DNA of 64,000 nucleotides, taken from Macrostomum lignano (Eukaryota). This document shows positions 35,101 to 46,479 of the stretch, piece after piece (the first letter of the stretch is position 1; every line of letters begins with the position of its first letter). The position numbers and the translations under genes were made by a program. The stretch covers positions 1 through 64,000 of the forward strand of contig NIVC01001589.1 in assembly GCA_002269645.1 (NCBI GenBank), in the 5' to 3' direction. The notes beneath the pieces are model-generated. The model saw only the letters and a list, made by a program, of their open reading frames with translations, ran no database searches and was not told where the DNA came from.

Positions 35101-38025
35101 ACCCCTTTGATCAGCCACTGCCAAATCCCAATAGATCAGATCCCCTTTGATCAGCCACTGCCAAATCCCAATAGATCAGATCCCCTTTGATCAGCCACTG
35201 CCAAATCCCAATAGATCAGATCCCCTTTGATCAGCCACTGCCAAATCCCAATAGATCAGATCCCCTTTGATCAGCCACTGCCAAATCCCAATAGATCCCC
35301 TTTGATCAGCCACTGCCAAATCCCAATAGATTCCCTTTGATCATCCACTGCCAAATCCCAATAGATCAGATCCCCTTTGATCAGCCACTGCCAAATCCCA
35401 ATAGATCAGATCCCCTTTGATCAGCCACTGCCAAATCCCAATAGATCAGATCCCCTTTGATCAGCCACTGCCAAATCCCAATAGATCAGATCCCCTTTGA
35501 TCAGCCGCTGCCAAATCCCAATAGATCAGATCCCCTTTGATCAGCCACTGCCAAATCCCAATAGATCAGATCCCCTTTGATCAGCCACTGCCAAATCCCA
35601 ATAGATCAGATCCCCTTTGATCAGCCACTGCCAAATCCCAATAGATTCCCTTTGATCAGCCACTGCCAAATCCCAATAGATCCCCTTTGATCAGCCACTG
35701 CCAAATCCCAATAGATTCCCTTTGATCAGCCACTGCCAAATCCCAATAGATCCCCTTTGATCAGCCACTGCCAAATCCCAATAGATCCCCTTTGATCAGC
35801 CACTGCCAAATCCCAATAGATCCCCTTTGATCAGCCGCTGCCAAATCCCAATAGATCCCCTTTGATCAGCCACTGCCAAATCCCAATAGATCCCCTTTGA
35901 TCAGCCACTGCCAAATCCCAATAGATCCCCTTTGATCAGCCGCTGCCAAATCCCAATAGATCCCCTTTGATCAGCCACTGCCAAATCCCAATAGATTCCC
36001 TTTGATCAGCCACTGCCAAATCCCAATAGATCCCCTTTGATCAGCCACTGCCAAATCCCAATAGATCCCCTTTGATCAGCCACTGCCAAATCCCAATAGA
36101 TCCCCTTTGATCAGCCGCTGCCAAATCCCAATAGATCCCCTTTGATCAGCCGCTGCCAAATCCCAATAGATCCCCTTTGATCAGCCGCTGCCAAATCCCA
36201 ATAGATCCCCTTTGATCAGCCGCTGCCAAATCCCAATGAATTTATCCTATTCCTATCCCGTGTACCTAGCCCATCACAATGGGTTATTTAAAAGCCACTG
36301 CAAGCTGTCAATCAAATGAGCAGTAATACTCACTCACTCACCCTCTGTGCAGGTACGGCTACCATTTCCCAGAACTGGTCCGCCTGGTGACGGACAATCC
36401 AACCTACGTGGCCGTGGCCTCGTACGTAGGCGATCGCAAGCAGTACTTAGCCGAGCCCAAGCCTGACGAACTCGAGGCCATTGTGCAGGACACAGCCAAG
36501 GCCGAGGCTATTCACGACGCTATGCGCTCCTCAATGGGCATGGACATCTCCGAGATAGATCTGGCCCAGATTCGGCACTTTGCCAGCCGGATTTCGGCTA
36601 TGATCGGGCGCAGGCGCGAGCTGCACACCTATCTGATTGACAAGATGACTCAGGTGGCGCCTAATCTATCAACTCTGATTGGCGATCAGGTCGCTGCCAG
36701 GCTGATTGCCCACGCCGGCTCTCTGGTCAATCTGGCCAAATTTCCCGCCTCTACTGTGCAAATCCTTGGCGCCGAGAAGGCCCTGTTCCGGGCACTTAAA
36801 ACTCGCGGCAATACGCCAAAGTACGGCCTGATCTTTCATTCCACCTTTATTGGCAAAGCGGCTCGCGAGCACAAGGGTCGGGTGTCTCGCTATCTGGCTA
36901 GCAAGGTTCGGATTTGATTAATCTGCTTTAGTGTGTTTGCTCTGCTACAGTCAGTACAGTATACTGGTTTCTGCGCATGCATTCGTCGTTTAGCCATCGG
37001 TTCTCTGTGTAGTTGCCACCGCAATAGCCGCAACGCCGCCCGCCCTTTAAAGACAGCTCCATCATTCCGAATCACAGATCCAGCTTCCCGAATCACAGCT
37101 CCATCATCCCCAATCGCAGCTCCATCATCCCCTATCACAGCTCCAGCATCCCCAATCACAGCTCCATCATCCCGAATCACAGCTCCATCATCCCGAATCA
37201 CAGCTCCATCATCCCCAATCACAGCTCCAGCATCCCCAATCACAGCTCAATCATCCCGAATCACAGCTCCAGCATCCCCAATCACAACTCCATCATCCTC
37301 AATCACAGCTCCATCATCCCCAATCACAACTCCATCATCCCCAATCACAACTCCATCATCCCCAATCACAACTCCAGCATCCCCAATCACAGCTCCATCA
37401 TCCCCAATCACAGCTCCATCATCCCAAATGCCAGTCCCAGCATCCAGTGGGCTTTGCACTTTCGTAAACCAGGGGGGTACATTGGACAGCTATCACCGCC
37501 CCGCCCGCCATTGCCCACCGTCAGGCGTCCATCGCTACCCGCATCGACGCATTCAGCGAGGTGCCAACGGGCGTATTCGGCGAGCACCTCCGCCGGCAGG
37601 TGGAAAACCGCCTGACCTTCCTGGCCAGCGGCGAGAATCCGCCAAAGAATGCCGAGGTGATGGCCGCCGCTGTTGTTGAAGCCGCGGCCGCCAGCACCCG
37701 CCTGTTGCGCAAGCTGAAACGCAAGGAGAAAAAGAAGAAGCGCGAACGGGACAGCCAGCTGGCCCAGCTAGCCCAGCCCGGCGTCGATGTCGACAACGGC
37801 GATGCGGACGCTGACGACGCCGCTGATGACCAGCTGCAAAAGCAGAAGAAAAATAAGAAAGCAAAGAAGCGATCGAAGAGCGTCTCATCTGAGCTGACAG
37901 CTGAGGGCAACGGCGATGCCACCGTCGATGTCGACGCTGCCGACGTCGACGGCGAGGCTCCGCCAGCCAAAAAGAAGAAGAAAAACAAGAAGAGCCGGCA
38001 GAGCGATGGAGTTGCGATCGTGTAG
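32104..38025 (+). CDS. NOP56: Nucleolar protein 56 (box C/D snoRNP), 543 aa. Exons 32104-32681, 36353-36905, 37525-38025
   Basis: [100 protein letters not shown] and a lysine-rich tail; 1632 nt = 544 codons. Confidence 0.96.
32703..36237. repeat. 35/40-bp minisatellite (GATCCCCTTTGATCAGCCACTGCCAAATCCCAATA, with or without extra GATCA), ~95 copies, fills NOP56 intron 1
   Basis: Direct reading; begins ~20 nt after the donor at 32682. Confidence 0.95.
37053..37428. repeat. 21-bp minisatellite (AATCACAGCTCCATCATCCCC), ~17 copies, NOP56 intron 2
   Basis: Direct reading. Confidence 0.9.
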
Positions 38026-38552
38026 TTAGACTTTGAGACCATTTTGATTAATTGGCACAGGTGAACTTGGCTTGGATTGATAGCTGACCCCCAAACTCTC
38101 CAAGTATGTACATAGTATTTCTATCTACGGTATAATATATTTAGACCATGCAAAGCTCTCTGTGGCTATCATTTGGTCTATCAAGCGATCAGTTCTGTTG
38201 TTTGCACAGGAATTAGGGGAAAAATGTTTTAGCAATTCACTGTGCTATGACACTGCGCTTGAAATACATATTCAACAGCCATTTGAATTTGACAGGTAAA
38301 CTGGTCTTGAGGGCTCCGCGTGGCCCTTCTAGCCTGGCATTTTTGGAATAATAAAAAAAAATAAGAGCGTAGTCGTGTTGTCTTTACTGTTTCAGTATGG
38401 TGTTGTTGGACGGCGGACGCGACAAATGCATCAGAAATCCCCTAGTCCAGGCGCGTCCAGGGCCCATCCTCTAAAGGTTGGCAAAAATGATGGCGTCCCT
38501 TAAGTAGGCGTCCTTTTGAATGGCGCCTCCGGTACTGGGGACACCCGTTACT

Positions 38553-38800
38553 GGTGCCTAGTAGTTGGAGCGTCAGACTCACGACTTGAAGGTCGGGGGT
38601 TCAATTCTCAACCCACTCAGAACAATTTGTGTCATTGAGCAAAACCTTAACTCTGCAGTGCTTCAGTTCATCCAGCTGTAAAATGGGTGCCAGCATTAGC
38701 TGGCGTAATTGAGGGTGTGTGGCGACCCCCCAGTCCTTGGACTGAACAGCCGTACGCAGCCTTCAGATGCGCCGCGCAATAGCTGCGGCTGAGCGGTCGG
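38553..38800 (+). mobile_element. CORE-like tRNA SINE, family 1, second copy
   Basis: Reverse complement of 11063-11314 with high similarity, e.g. GGCGACCCCCCAGTCCTTGGACTGAACAGCCGTACGCAGCCTTCAGATGCGCCGCGCAATAGCTGCGGCTGAG identical. Confidence 0.75.
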
Positions 38801-39075
38801 TGGGCTGTTGGCCATCGGGCAGGTGTAATCAATTATTATCATTATATTGGATCAGCAACTCTCTGATTCCCAATGGTCGTGGAGCTCGAAAACCTAGATT
38901 CTGGTGAGCACCTCCTACTTCGAAGTATATGCACGAGTGCTGCCCCGGTACAGCAAGGAGACCTTCGAAGTTCGACCCGAAATTGGGGTGGTTTCGATTT
39001 CATTCTAAAAAATTATTAGTTTACAATTTGTGATAGATCGTGTAAATTTAAGCAAGAGATCATGGAAATGGGTAG

Positions 39076-39200
39076 CACATTATTTTTGCCACTGGTGCAC
39101 AGCTGCAAACATTTTGGCGCAGACATTGCGCTGGTTTATAGACGGGACATTCAAGGATCGTGTCGCCATTTTGAGCAACTCTTCACAATTTTTATACAGG
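39076..39200 (+). pseudogene. Mutator/MULE transposase relic
   Basis: With two frameshifts reads HIIFATGAQLQ/ILAQTLRWFIDGTFKD/RHFEQLFTIF, the MULE first-D motif (IFAT..L..LA....W..DGTFK...F.QLYTI). Confidence 0.65.
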
Positions 39201-39699
39201 CCCTAATGATGCATAACGATCCCCGAGAATGCCAATATACTCTTAGCTTTTAATTGTACCTAAAAAAGAGTCCATAAATTATTATCATGAATCATTAGGC
39301 ACCAACAGTTCTTACTGGGCTTCGAAGCCGCTCTTTGCATGGCTGTCTCTGCGATCAAACATCCAGGCGTCCAGGCGTCGTGCAGTGTTGCTACGTAATT
39401 ATTCAAATTCTGCGCAAATGCGCAAAAAATGAAAGAACCCCCAAACCTGATTCAAATGAGATAGTCACCCCACCCCGTATGCTCCACCCCACACTCCATC
39501 CCACGCGTCACTCTAGGCTCCGCTGCAGCAATCAAATCATTCACTGGCGTACTTTTAACGGTTCTGCCTGCAGCGTAGCGTTGTTTTCAAACGCAACAGT
39601 CTCTTGTAATACTATTGCTTCAAGCCCAAAATGAGAATATTCTATACAATACTTGTCGACATTTTTGTTTGTCTTCGAAGCAAGGAGTACTCAAGTAGG

Positions 39700-39817
39700 A
39701 TGGGAAACTGCGGTTCTTGGAAATTTTTACGAGGCAGGTTTTACTTGGTTTTACTTTACTTTTACATGGAGTTTCTCTTTTTTGAGCACAAATTTTGTGC
39801 GGTCTGGTGATGGTGAC

Positions 39818-39896
<79 letters not shown>

Positions 39897-39920
39897 CAGT
39901 CTGTCTGTCTGTCTGTCTGC

Positions 39921-39953
<33 letters not shown>

Positions 39954-40090
39954 GTTGATTTTCTCGAGAACCGTCTGGCCGATTTTTTTTAAATTAGCTT
40001 TAAAAAAAATTGTAATTTTTCGGCTATCATGCATAACTTTTTCTTGGTGAAAAAATCGAATTGGAAGTTGGGTCAAATATTCGAAAAGCG
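39700..40090. mobile_element. (CTGT)n microsatellite (39818-39946) inside a probable Helitron/Helentron-associated (Lep1/DINE-like) element
   Basis: The microsatellite is certain; the following GATTTTCTCGAGAACCGTCTGGCCGATTTT recalls the ...GAACCGATTT block that follows CTGT arrays in such elements (inference). Confidence 0.4.
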
Positions 40091-41449
40091 ATTTTTTAAT
40101 GCTTTCAATGGGCGCTCCGTTTCTAAAAATTGCTCAGTTCAACCATGTAGGCCTCTCCTTGGCCAATGTACAGTGTAGAATCGAATGTACATTCACAATA
40201 AAGTTTAGGAGTTTTATGACACCCTTGGCGCGCCGGGCTGGCAAATTGTGGAGTTGGTTGAACTTTATTGTGGTTTACCAACCAGTCTGATAGACGATTG
40301 ATGAAAGAGTGGGTGCATGGGAGGTTAAAAAGCTGGCCTGAAATTTATCAACCCTCTAAACTGCTCTGATCTGTTTGTCTTATTTTATGAATACAACACC
40401 GGGTTGCGCAGTTGCAGATGGGGGCAGTAGCTAATGGGCCCAATTAATTCTGATTCAATACGCAAAGATCTGCTTGAGCTGCCCTTCGTTCGCGTTCCTT
40501 CTGTGAGGGAAGTCCTCAGTCTGAGGCCCAACCTGACTGACAGAGGTCGCGGCGTTGCTCCGGTGTCGAGACGTCCTGGTGTACAACTCGATACTTGACG
40601 CTGTACGTTGACTCTCTTGGAGTTGCACTGTTGAACTGTCGCGCAGAAGAAGCTCCTTATTGAAGAAAGCCTGAGTGTTATTAACAGTAAGATTTTAGCC
40701 TTGTGATCCTCTTTACATGCACATGCAGTTTAGGATTTTATGGTCAAGAATTGCGAGCTCTAGAGCGTTATGGACATTCATTCATTCAAACATACAAACC
40801 TTAGAGATTTAGTATATTTAGACTCAGCAACAGTCAAAAGTTCCACCCTCCAAGCAAGCTGAATTTTTTAAACTTATTGCGAGTCACGCAACTTACTACG
40901 CACGCGCAAAGCTTATTGCCACATTCAAGCAAGCATACAAACAAACCATAAGAAGTAGTAAATAATAGACTGAAATTTGCATAAGGGCACAATATTGTGC
41001 ATGCAACAGCACAAATTGCAACGCTGCATATGCAGCTGCTGTTGTGTTAATGTTAGCTGATAAGCTGCAGTAGCTGAAATAGATGAGATTGATAAGTCGC
41101 GGTGTACACCGCCGCCTCCCAGCTCTAGCTCTTACAGACTGTCTCTCCAGTTTGACTTCTACCGTCATAGCCCTCTACCTTGTCATGACTGCCTCTAGCC
41201 AGTGCATGAGCTTTTTTTCTTCAAAACTATTGGGAGTTTTTACTTAATGAAAAATATTCGCAGCGTGACTGTTTACGGATCGCCAGTCGCATTGCTTCGT
41301 ATTTGCGTCACAGAACATAAAATAATCAAGTCGAACAGAACTGCTAATTAAGGGTAATTTAAACCTGCTTACACTGGCTTGCATAAAAATTGGGCCTGAA
41401 AAGCTCCCTGAAGGCTATAAAAGACTTGTTCTCCCCAGTATACCCTTGT

Positions 41450-42508
41450 CATTCGCGAGTTTTCGGCCGAGTGTAACCGATTTGGAAACCGAGTGAAAGC
41501 AGCAACCAAGTATGTAAAACTCTCTCCCCAAGCTTTAGAATAGACTGCAGTCCATCTTGGAAAAGACTTTTTCTCATTCGTTTAAAAAGTCTAGGTACTG
41601 CCTAGCCAGTTTCTGTCAGTGCACTGTTTCTAAAACTGTCACGCATGAACGAATTTTGGAGGTTGCGAAATGTATGATAGATCTCGAGCCGTATCAGAGT
41701 GTGTCCTCGTGAGCAGTTACTGTCTCATCCACATAGATTCTGGGTTACGAGCTCATGTTTCACAAATCCCCGAAATATCAGATTTTTTTTCAAGTCTGTC
41801 GAAAGTTTTCATATAATCGTTTCCTTCTCCCAACAGTTCAGGAAGACAACAAACAATGGACTCGATGGTACTTTCTCAGTGTGATCTCTAGAGTCACATT
41901 CTCAAACTTCTGGCGCACCTTCTTTCACAAGGATAAGCTTTGTGAAATTTCTTCATTGAAGTTTCGATCTTGCTAGAGTTTTCGGTGTTGTGAAATTCCG
42001 ATATATTTTTGAAAGCATAAGTAATGATAAATTTCTCTCTGGTCGGCTCTGTCTTGAAGCTTTAGAAGCTTGAGACTGCAGTGACATCTTACAGGAAAAA
42101 GTCTCATTCAGTTTAAAAGTATCTAGGTACTGCCTCGCAGCCACGCTTTCTGTCACGTGCAACTGTTTACGAATGAAAAACTTGTCACGACTGAAACGCT
42201 TTTTCATTTTTGCGAAATCTATGAAATCTCGAGCCGTCTAAAATATCAGAGTGGTTTGTCCTCGTGTAGCAACAGTTACTGTTCTCATCCAATAAACATG
42301 AGATTCTGGGCCTACGAGCTCGTACTGTATTTCTCACAAAATCCCGCGAGGAAAAATATCAGATTTTTTTTCAAGTCTGTAAAACGACAAATTGAGTTTT
42401 CCCATATAATCGTTTCCTTCTCCCAACAGTTCAGGAAGACAACAAACAATGGACTCGATGGTACTTTCTCAGTGTGATCTCTAGAGTCACATTCTCAAAC
42501 TTCTGGCG
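41450..42508. repeat. Tandem duplication of a ~500-590-bp segment; first copy progressively degraded towards its 5' end
   Basis: CATATAATCGTTTCCTTCTCCCAACAG...CAAACTTCTGGCG (~105 bp) is identical in both copies; upstream parts align with many small deletions. Confidence 0.8.
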
Positions 42509-43123
42509 AGGATCTTTCCTCTTCAATCAGTATATTTTATAAGCCAACACAGTGTACGCAAGCAAGGAGGAATAGGGGAAGAAAGTGAAATGGAGGCCCA
42601 ATAGGAGCCGTCGGCCAGAGGAGATTCATGCATCATGCGAGGGTCGCATGGCTGGGCCTCTCGCTCGCCGATCAGGGCTATTTTTAGGCATGCAGATCTT
42701 GTGCATCTGGGGAGTTGTTGCCAAGGCTGGATACTTGTTCACGCATCACGCGCGCGTCGGCTGATTTTTCCCAATCTCTTGCTAACGGCGCTTTCGTTTC
42801 ACTTCATCTGTATACTGACCGAATTAACAGCACTGGGCTTGTTGTATTTTTACGCGTCGTAGCACCTTCGGCTTTCTTTATGCCTATGCCCGCTTTTCCG
42901 GTTGAGTCTTATTGATTTACTAATTTCATTCGACTATTGAGCGGCATTGAAATCACGATTTATATTTCTCCTGCACTAAATGACTCTAGCCATGCGCCAT
43001 CACGAGCCGTTGAAGCACGCTTTTTACACATTTTAATCAAAGTTTTTAACAAAGTTCAAACAAAAATTCCAATTCTCACATAGATCCCACCCAGTCCTGC
43101 GTCCAACTGTCCAATCGCCATCA

Positions 43124-45960
43124 ATGACAGCCCGGTGCCTTCGACGAAAGAATCGACTGCTACTAGCAGCTCTGGCCGCCGTCTGTTGCACAGCTCTGCT
43201 GCTCCGGCCGCATCGTGAGAATCCGGTTGCACTGTCGGGGTTCGGGTGTTCGGGGTTAGGTCGGGGTCGGGATTAGGGGTCGGGGTTCGGGGTCCCGATG
43301 AATGTTCGGGACGGGATTTTGGACCGGGATTTCGGGGTTTTCGGGGTTTCGCAAATTTTCTGAATTCCCATAGAACTACGAAAAAATCCTTATGAATTAG
43401 AATTAGCTTTTTTCGTTTTTAACGTGATTGCTTAAGGCTTATGACGCTTAAATTCAAAGCTTCAAAGATTTAATGCTTTTCTGTGGTCGTAAGTTCCTTA
43501 ATAACATTTACACTTGCCGTGCCGTCCATAAACTGCGATGATTATCAAGTCAAAAAGAGTTTTCAAGCTTATTTAAACTCGTTAACTATTACTGTTGGCT
43601 AGCTTAAAAATATTTTTTAAACTTATGGTATAGTATTAGTACTATTACAAATATTATTTTTCTATAATTAAGTTTATATGTTTTTTAAGGTATTGTTTCT
43701 TAGAAAAAGATTTAGAATCTTAAGAATTTTAAGAATCATAGAAATGTTTGGATTTATAGACCTATTCTTCAATAGAGGGTCATATTTAAGTTTAAGTTGA
43801 ACTGAAACAGGCTATAGTCGTAAGTAGCCGTCAATACCACTTTTTATTAAATGATATTGCTTACTTCCGGGTTATTGGGGTTCGGGGTCGGGATTAGGGT
43901 TCGGGACGGGATTCGGGGTTCCCGATAAATGTTCGGGACGGGATTCGGGATTCCCGAAAGATGTCCGGGATCGGGGTTAACCCCGAACCCCGAAAAAAAT
44001 GCCATCCCGAACACCCTAGTTACAGCGCTGCCGACATCCGTAACGCCGCCGCCAATCAACCGCTCGGCGATCCCACCGCCCAGCTGCCGCGGCCTCCTGT
44101 CTGGCAACGCCAACGACATCCGTCGAGCGGAGGCTCGCTATGGACGGCCGGAAGACTTTCTGGATGACGGCCAGCTGGCGAGGCTGCCGTGCGACCGGCT
44201 CACTGCGGGCTACTGGACCGGGCCGGTCAGCCCTCTGGAGCTCGGCTTCCCCATTGCATTCACCGTGATGGCGCATCACAGCTTCTATCAGGTAAAACGA
44301 ATCAACTTAATCAGAAACAACAACAACTACGACAAAATACACCTCGCGCCGACCACAAGTGGCCACAGAGGGGGTGTCAGACACTCAATAAGTAAACCAA
44401 AAACACTTATTAACGCTCTCAATTAGCTCTTAATGCTCGAATGCAATGAGGAATCCATCTGGAGGAGGTCAAGGGTGTAAAATAGCGCTTAAATCCCGCC
44501 TGCGGCGCTCTATAACTGGCGCTAAAAAGATTTGTTAAGCTGGAACTGGGATCTCGTGTAATTGACAACAATTAAATGAGCATTGTGTTGCATCCTGGTC
44601 AGCTAAGCGAACATATAAGAGGCTTTCTAGGAAAAACGGGCATTCAACTTTGAGAGCCTGTGATAAAATGTTCAACCAATTAGTTTTGTTGTCCAACTTT
44701 AATACTCGAATAATTGACAGCTTTGCATAAAAACTTACGCTGAGCAGAATTTTGCTTCCATAGCATGCGTCGGCGAGACTCAGGCGCTGTTTTTTTAACC
44801 CAACAGTCCAAGTCAAATGCAAGCTGCCATTGCTTCATTCTGCAGAGATCGTTGAACTGCATGACTGATTTTTTTAATTAGTTAGAACCTTGCCATGAAG
44901 TTGTGGCTTCGTGCCAAGGCGGAAAGAGGAAAAGGTGCCATGAATGAACAATACATAATCGTCATTATTGCATGATCGCAGGTGAACAAGCTGATGCAGG
45001 CTGTGCACCGCTCCCACAATGCCTACTGTCTGCACGTCGACGCAAAATCCAGCGCCAATTTCTCGGCCGCCGCCAAGCGCCTGGCCGGTTGCCTTGGCAA
45101 CGTGCTCACGGTCGAGTCGACAGTCGTCTGGGGTGAGACATCCGTACTGCTGGCCGACCTCAAGTGCTTCCGTGCTCTGCTTAACGGACACAGGGTGAGT
45201 GAGCTATTGTACTTAATCCACTCACTGCATGAGCGTGCTGTGAGTCTGACTGTACTCGTATCGTACGTAACTTCCGCAGAAGTGGAACTACGTTATCAAC
45301 CTGACTGGGCAGGAATATCCGATCCGCACCCTCATGGAGATGGTGCGCATTCTCAAGCTGATGAACGGCAGCAACAACATGGAGAAGCTGATTCCCTCCA
45401 ACTACAGGCTGCAGTACCCCGCGATGCCCAACGCTACGGGCTTGGGGGGCCTTCGCTGGTACAAGGGCTCAGCTCACGCCATCATCAGCCGAGCTGCTGT
45501 CCAATACATCATGGAGGACCACAGAGCTCGCCAGATTCTGGACCACATCCAGAGGCACTATGCCAGAGGTCGCACCATTCCAGACGAGACGTACTACGCA
45601 ACCCTCAACCACAACTACGGAATACTGCAGTTCCCAGGCTCCTACACGGGCAACCGGGTGACAACTGCGACGGAGTATCGGCAGATCTACCGCTACAAAA
45701 TCTGGTCTGGAAGGTGCAGGGCCGGTCTCAGCGTTCGTGGCATCTGCATTCTGGGCGCTGCCGACCTGCAGGACTTCAACTCGAGACCGGAGCTTATCGC
45801 CAACAAGATGTACTTCGACTTCCAGAGCGATGCGTTCCGCTGCGTACAGGAGAGATTCTGGAATAACACGAGGGCCGACTATGACTCCAATTTGACCAAG
45901 AGCTTCGTGGTACCGCTGAGTTTCTATGAGAAACTCGAGTTCGTGAGGCACCACGTGTAG
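43124..45960 (+). CDS. Core-2/I-branching beta-1,6-N-acetylglucosaminyltransferase (GT14, GCNT-like), ~418 aa type II membrane protein. Exons 43124-43214, 44020 (or 44026)-44291, 44982-45194, 45280-45960
   Basis: N-terminal anchor MTARCLRRKNRLLLAALAAVCCTALLL; ELGFPIAFTVMAH, NAYCLHVDAKS, VVWGETSVLLADLKC, KWNYVINLTGQEYPIRT, WYKGSA, IPDETYYATL, VRGICILG, LIANK. Exon 1 is less certain than exons 2-4. Confidence 0.88.
43242..44018. mobile_element. ~780-bp hAT-like non-autonomous element making up nearly all of GCNT intron 1
   Basis: TIR TCGGGTGTTCGGGGT (43242-56) versus reverse complement of 44004-18 TAGGGTGTTCGGGAT (13/15); dense subterminal TCGGGG / TTCGGGA repeats; AT-rich interior; no clean TSD. 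Confidence 0.65.
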
Positions 45961-46016
45961 CTTTACCGAGTTTGTGAGGCACCACGTGTAGCTTTACCGA
46001 GTTTGTGGGGCACCAC
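45936..46016. repeat. 31-bp tandem repeat (2.5 copies) starting inside the last GCNT codons
   Basis: CGAGTT(C/T)GTGAGGCACCACGTGTAGCTTTAC at 45936, 45967 and partial at 45998. Confidence 0.9.
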
Positions 46017-46479
46017 TGAGCTCAGAGTAGTTCACCACGAACTCACGACGTACAGAGTGGATGCACAAGTACTCAGCGTGCTACAGCGTAACAAGGGCAA
46101 AACTCACGACTACGAGAGGTACCAAGAGTGCAGTACATTTTCAGTACAAGTGAAACAAATTTTACAAGTTCACCACAAACTCTGCAAGGCACACCACTCA
46201 CTGACTAGAGGCACACCCCCTACGCTGCACCCTCACTACTACGTTACTGTTCTCACTGCTACAAGGCACACAAACTCACTGACTAACACACCAAGTTATA
46301 TACGGTAAACACACTACAAACTCATGACTGGTAATACACACAAAACTCATGTACGAACACACAAACACTGCACAAAACTCACTGACTACTAAGGTGCACC
46401 AATCACTCTAGTCGAATCACTGAAAAAAACACAACTCCTGCTACAGGAAAACAAACTTGACTAGAAGGTAAACACACAC

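Noticed and set aside
2778-36237. Palindromic 6-8-mers in many array units (CTGCAG, TGGCGCCA, GTGCAC, TGATCA, TGGCCA)
   Set aside because: A 6-bp palindrome is expected at about 1 in 64 positions, so 5 hits among a dozen units of 12-50 bp is compatible with chance
32682-36352. Analogy with the human NOP56 intron-1 GGCCTG expansion (SCA36)
   Set aside because: Unrelated unit, and most long introns here hold arrays, so it is coincidental
36933-37679. Mucin-like ITAPSSP ORF inside NOP56
   Set aside because: It is the 21-bp intronic array, in a different frame from NOP56 exon 3, and intron retention hits TGA at 36915
43250-43900. Telomere-like TTAGGG words
   Set aside because: Isolated occurrences within the TE subterminal TCGGGG repeats, not a telomeric tract
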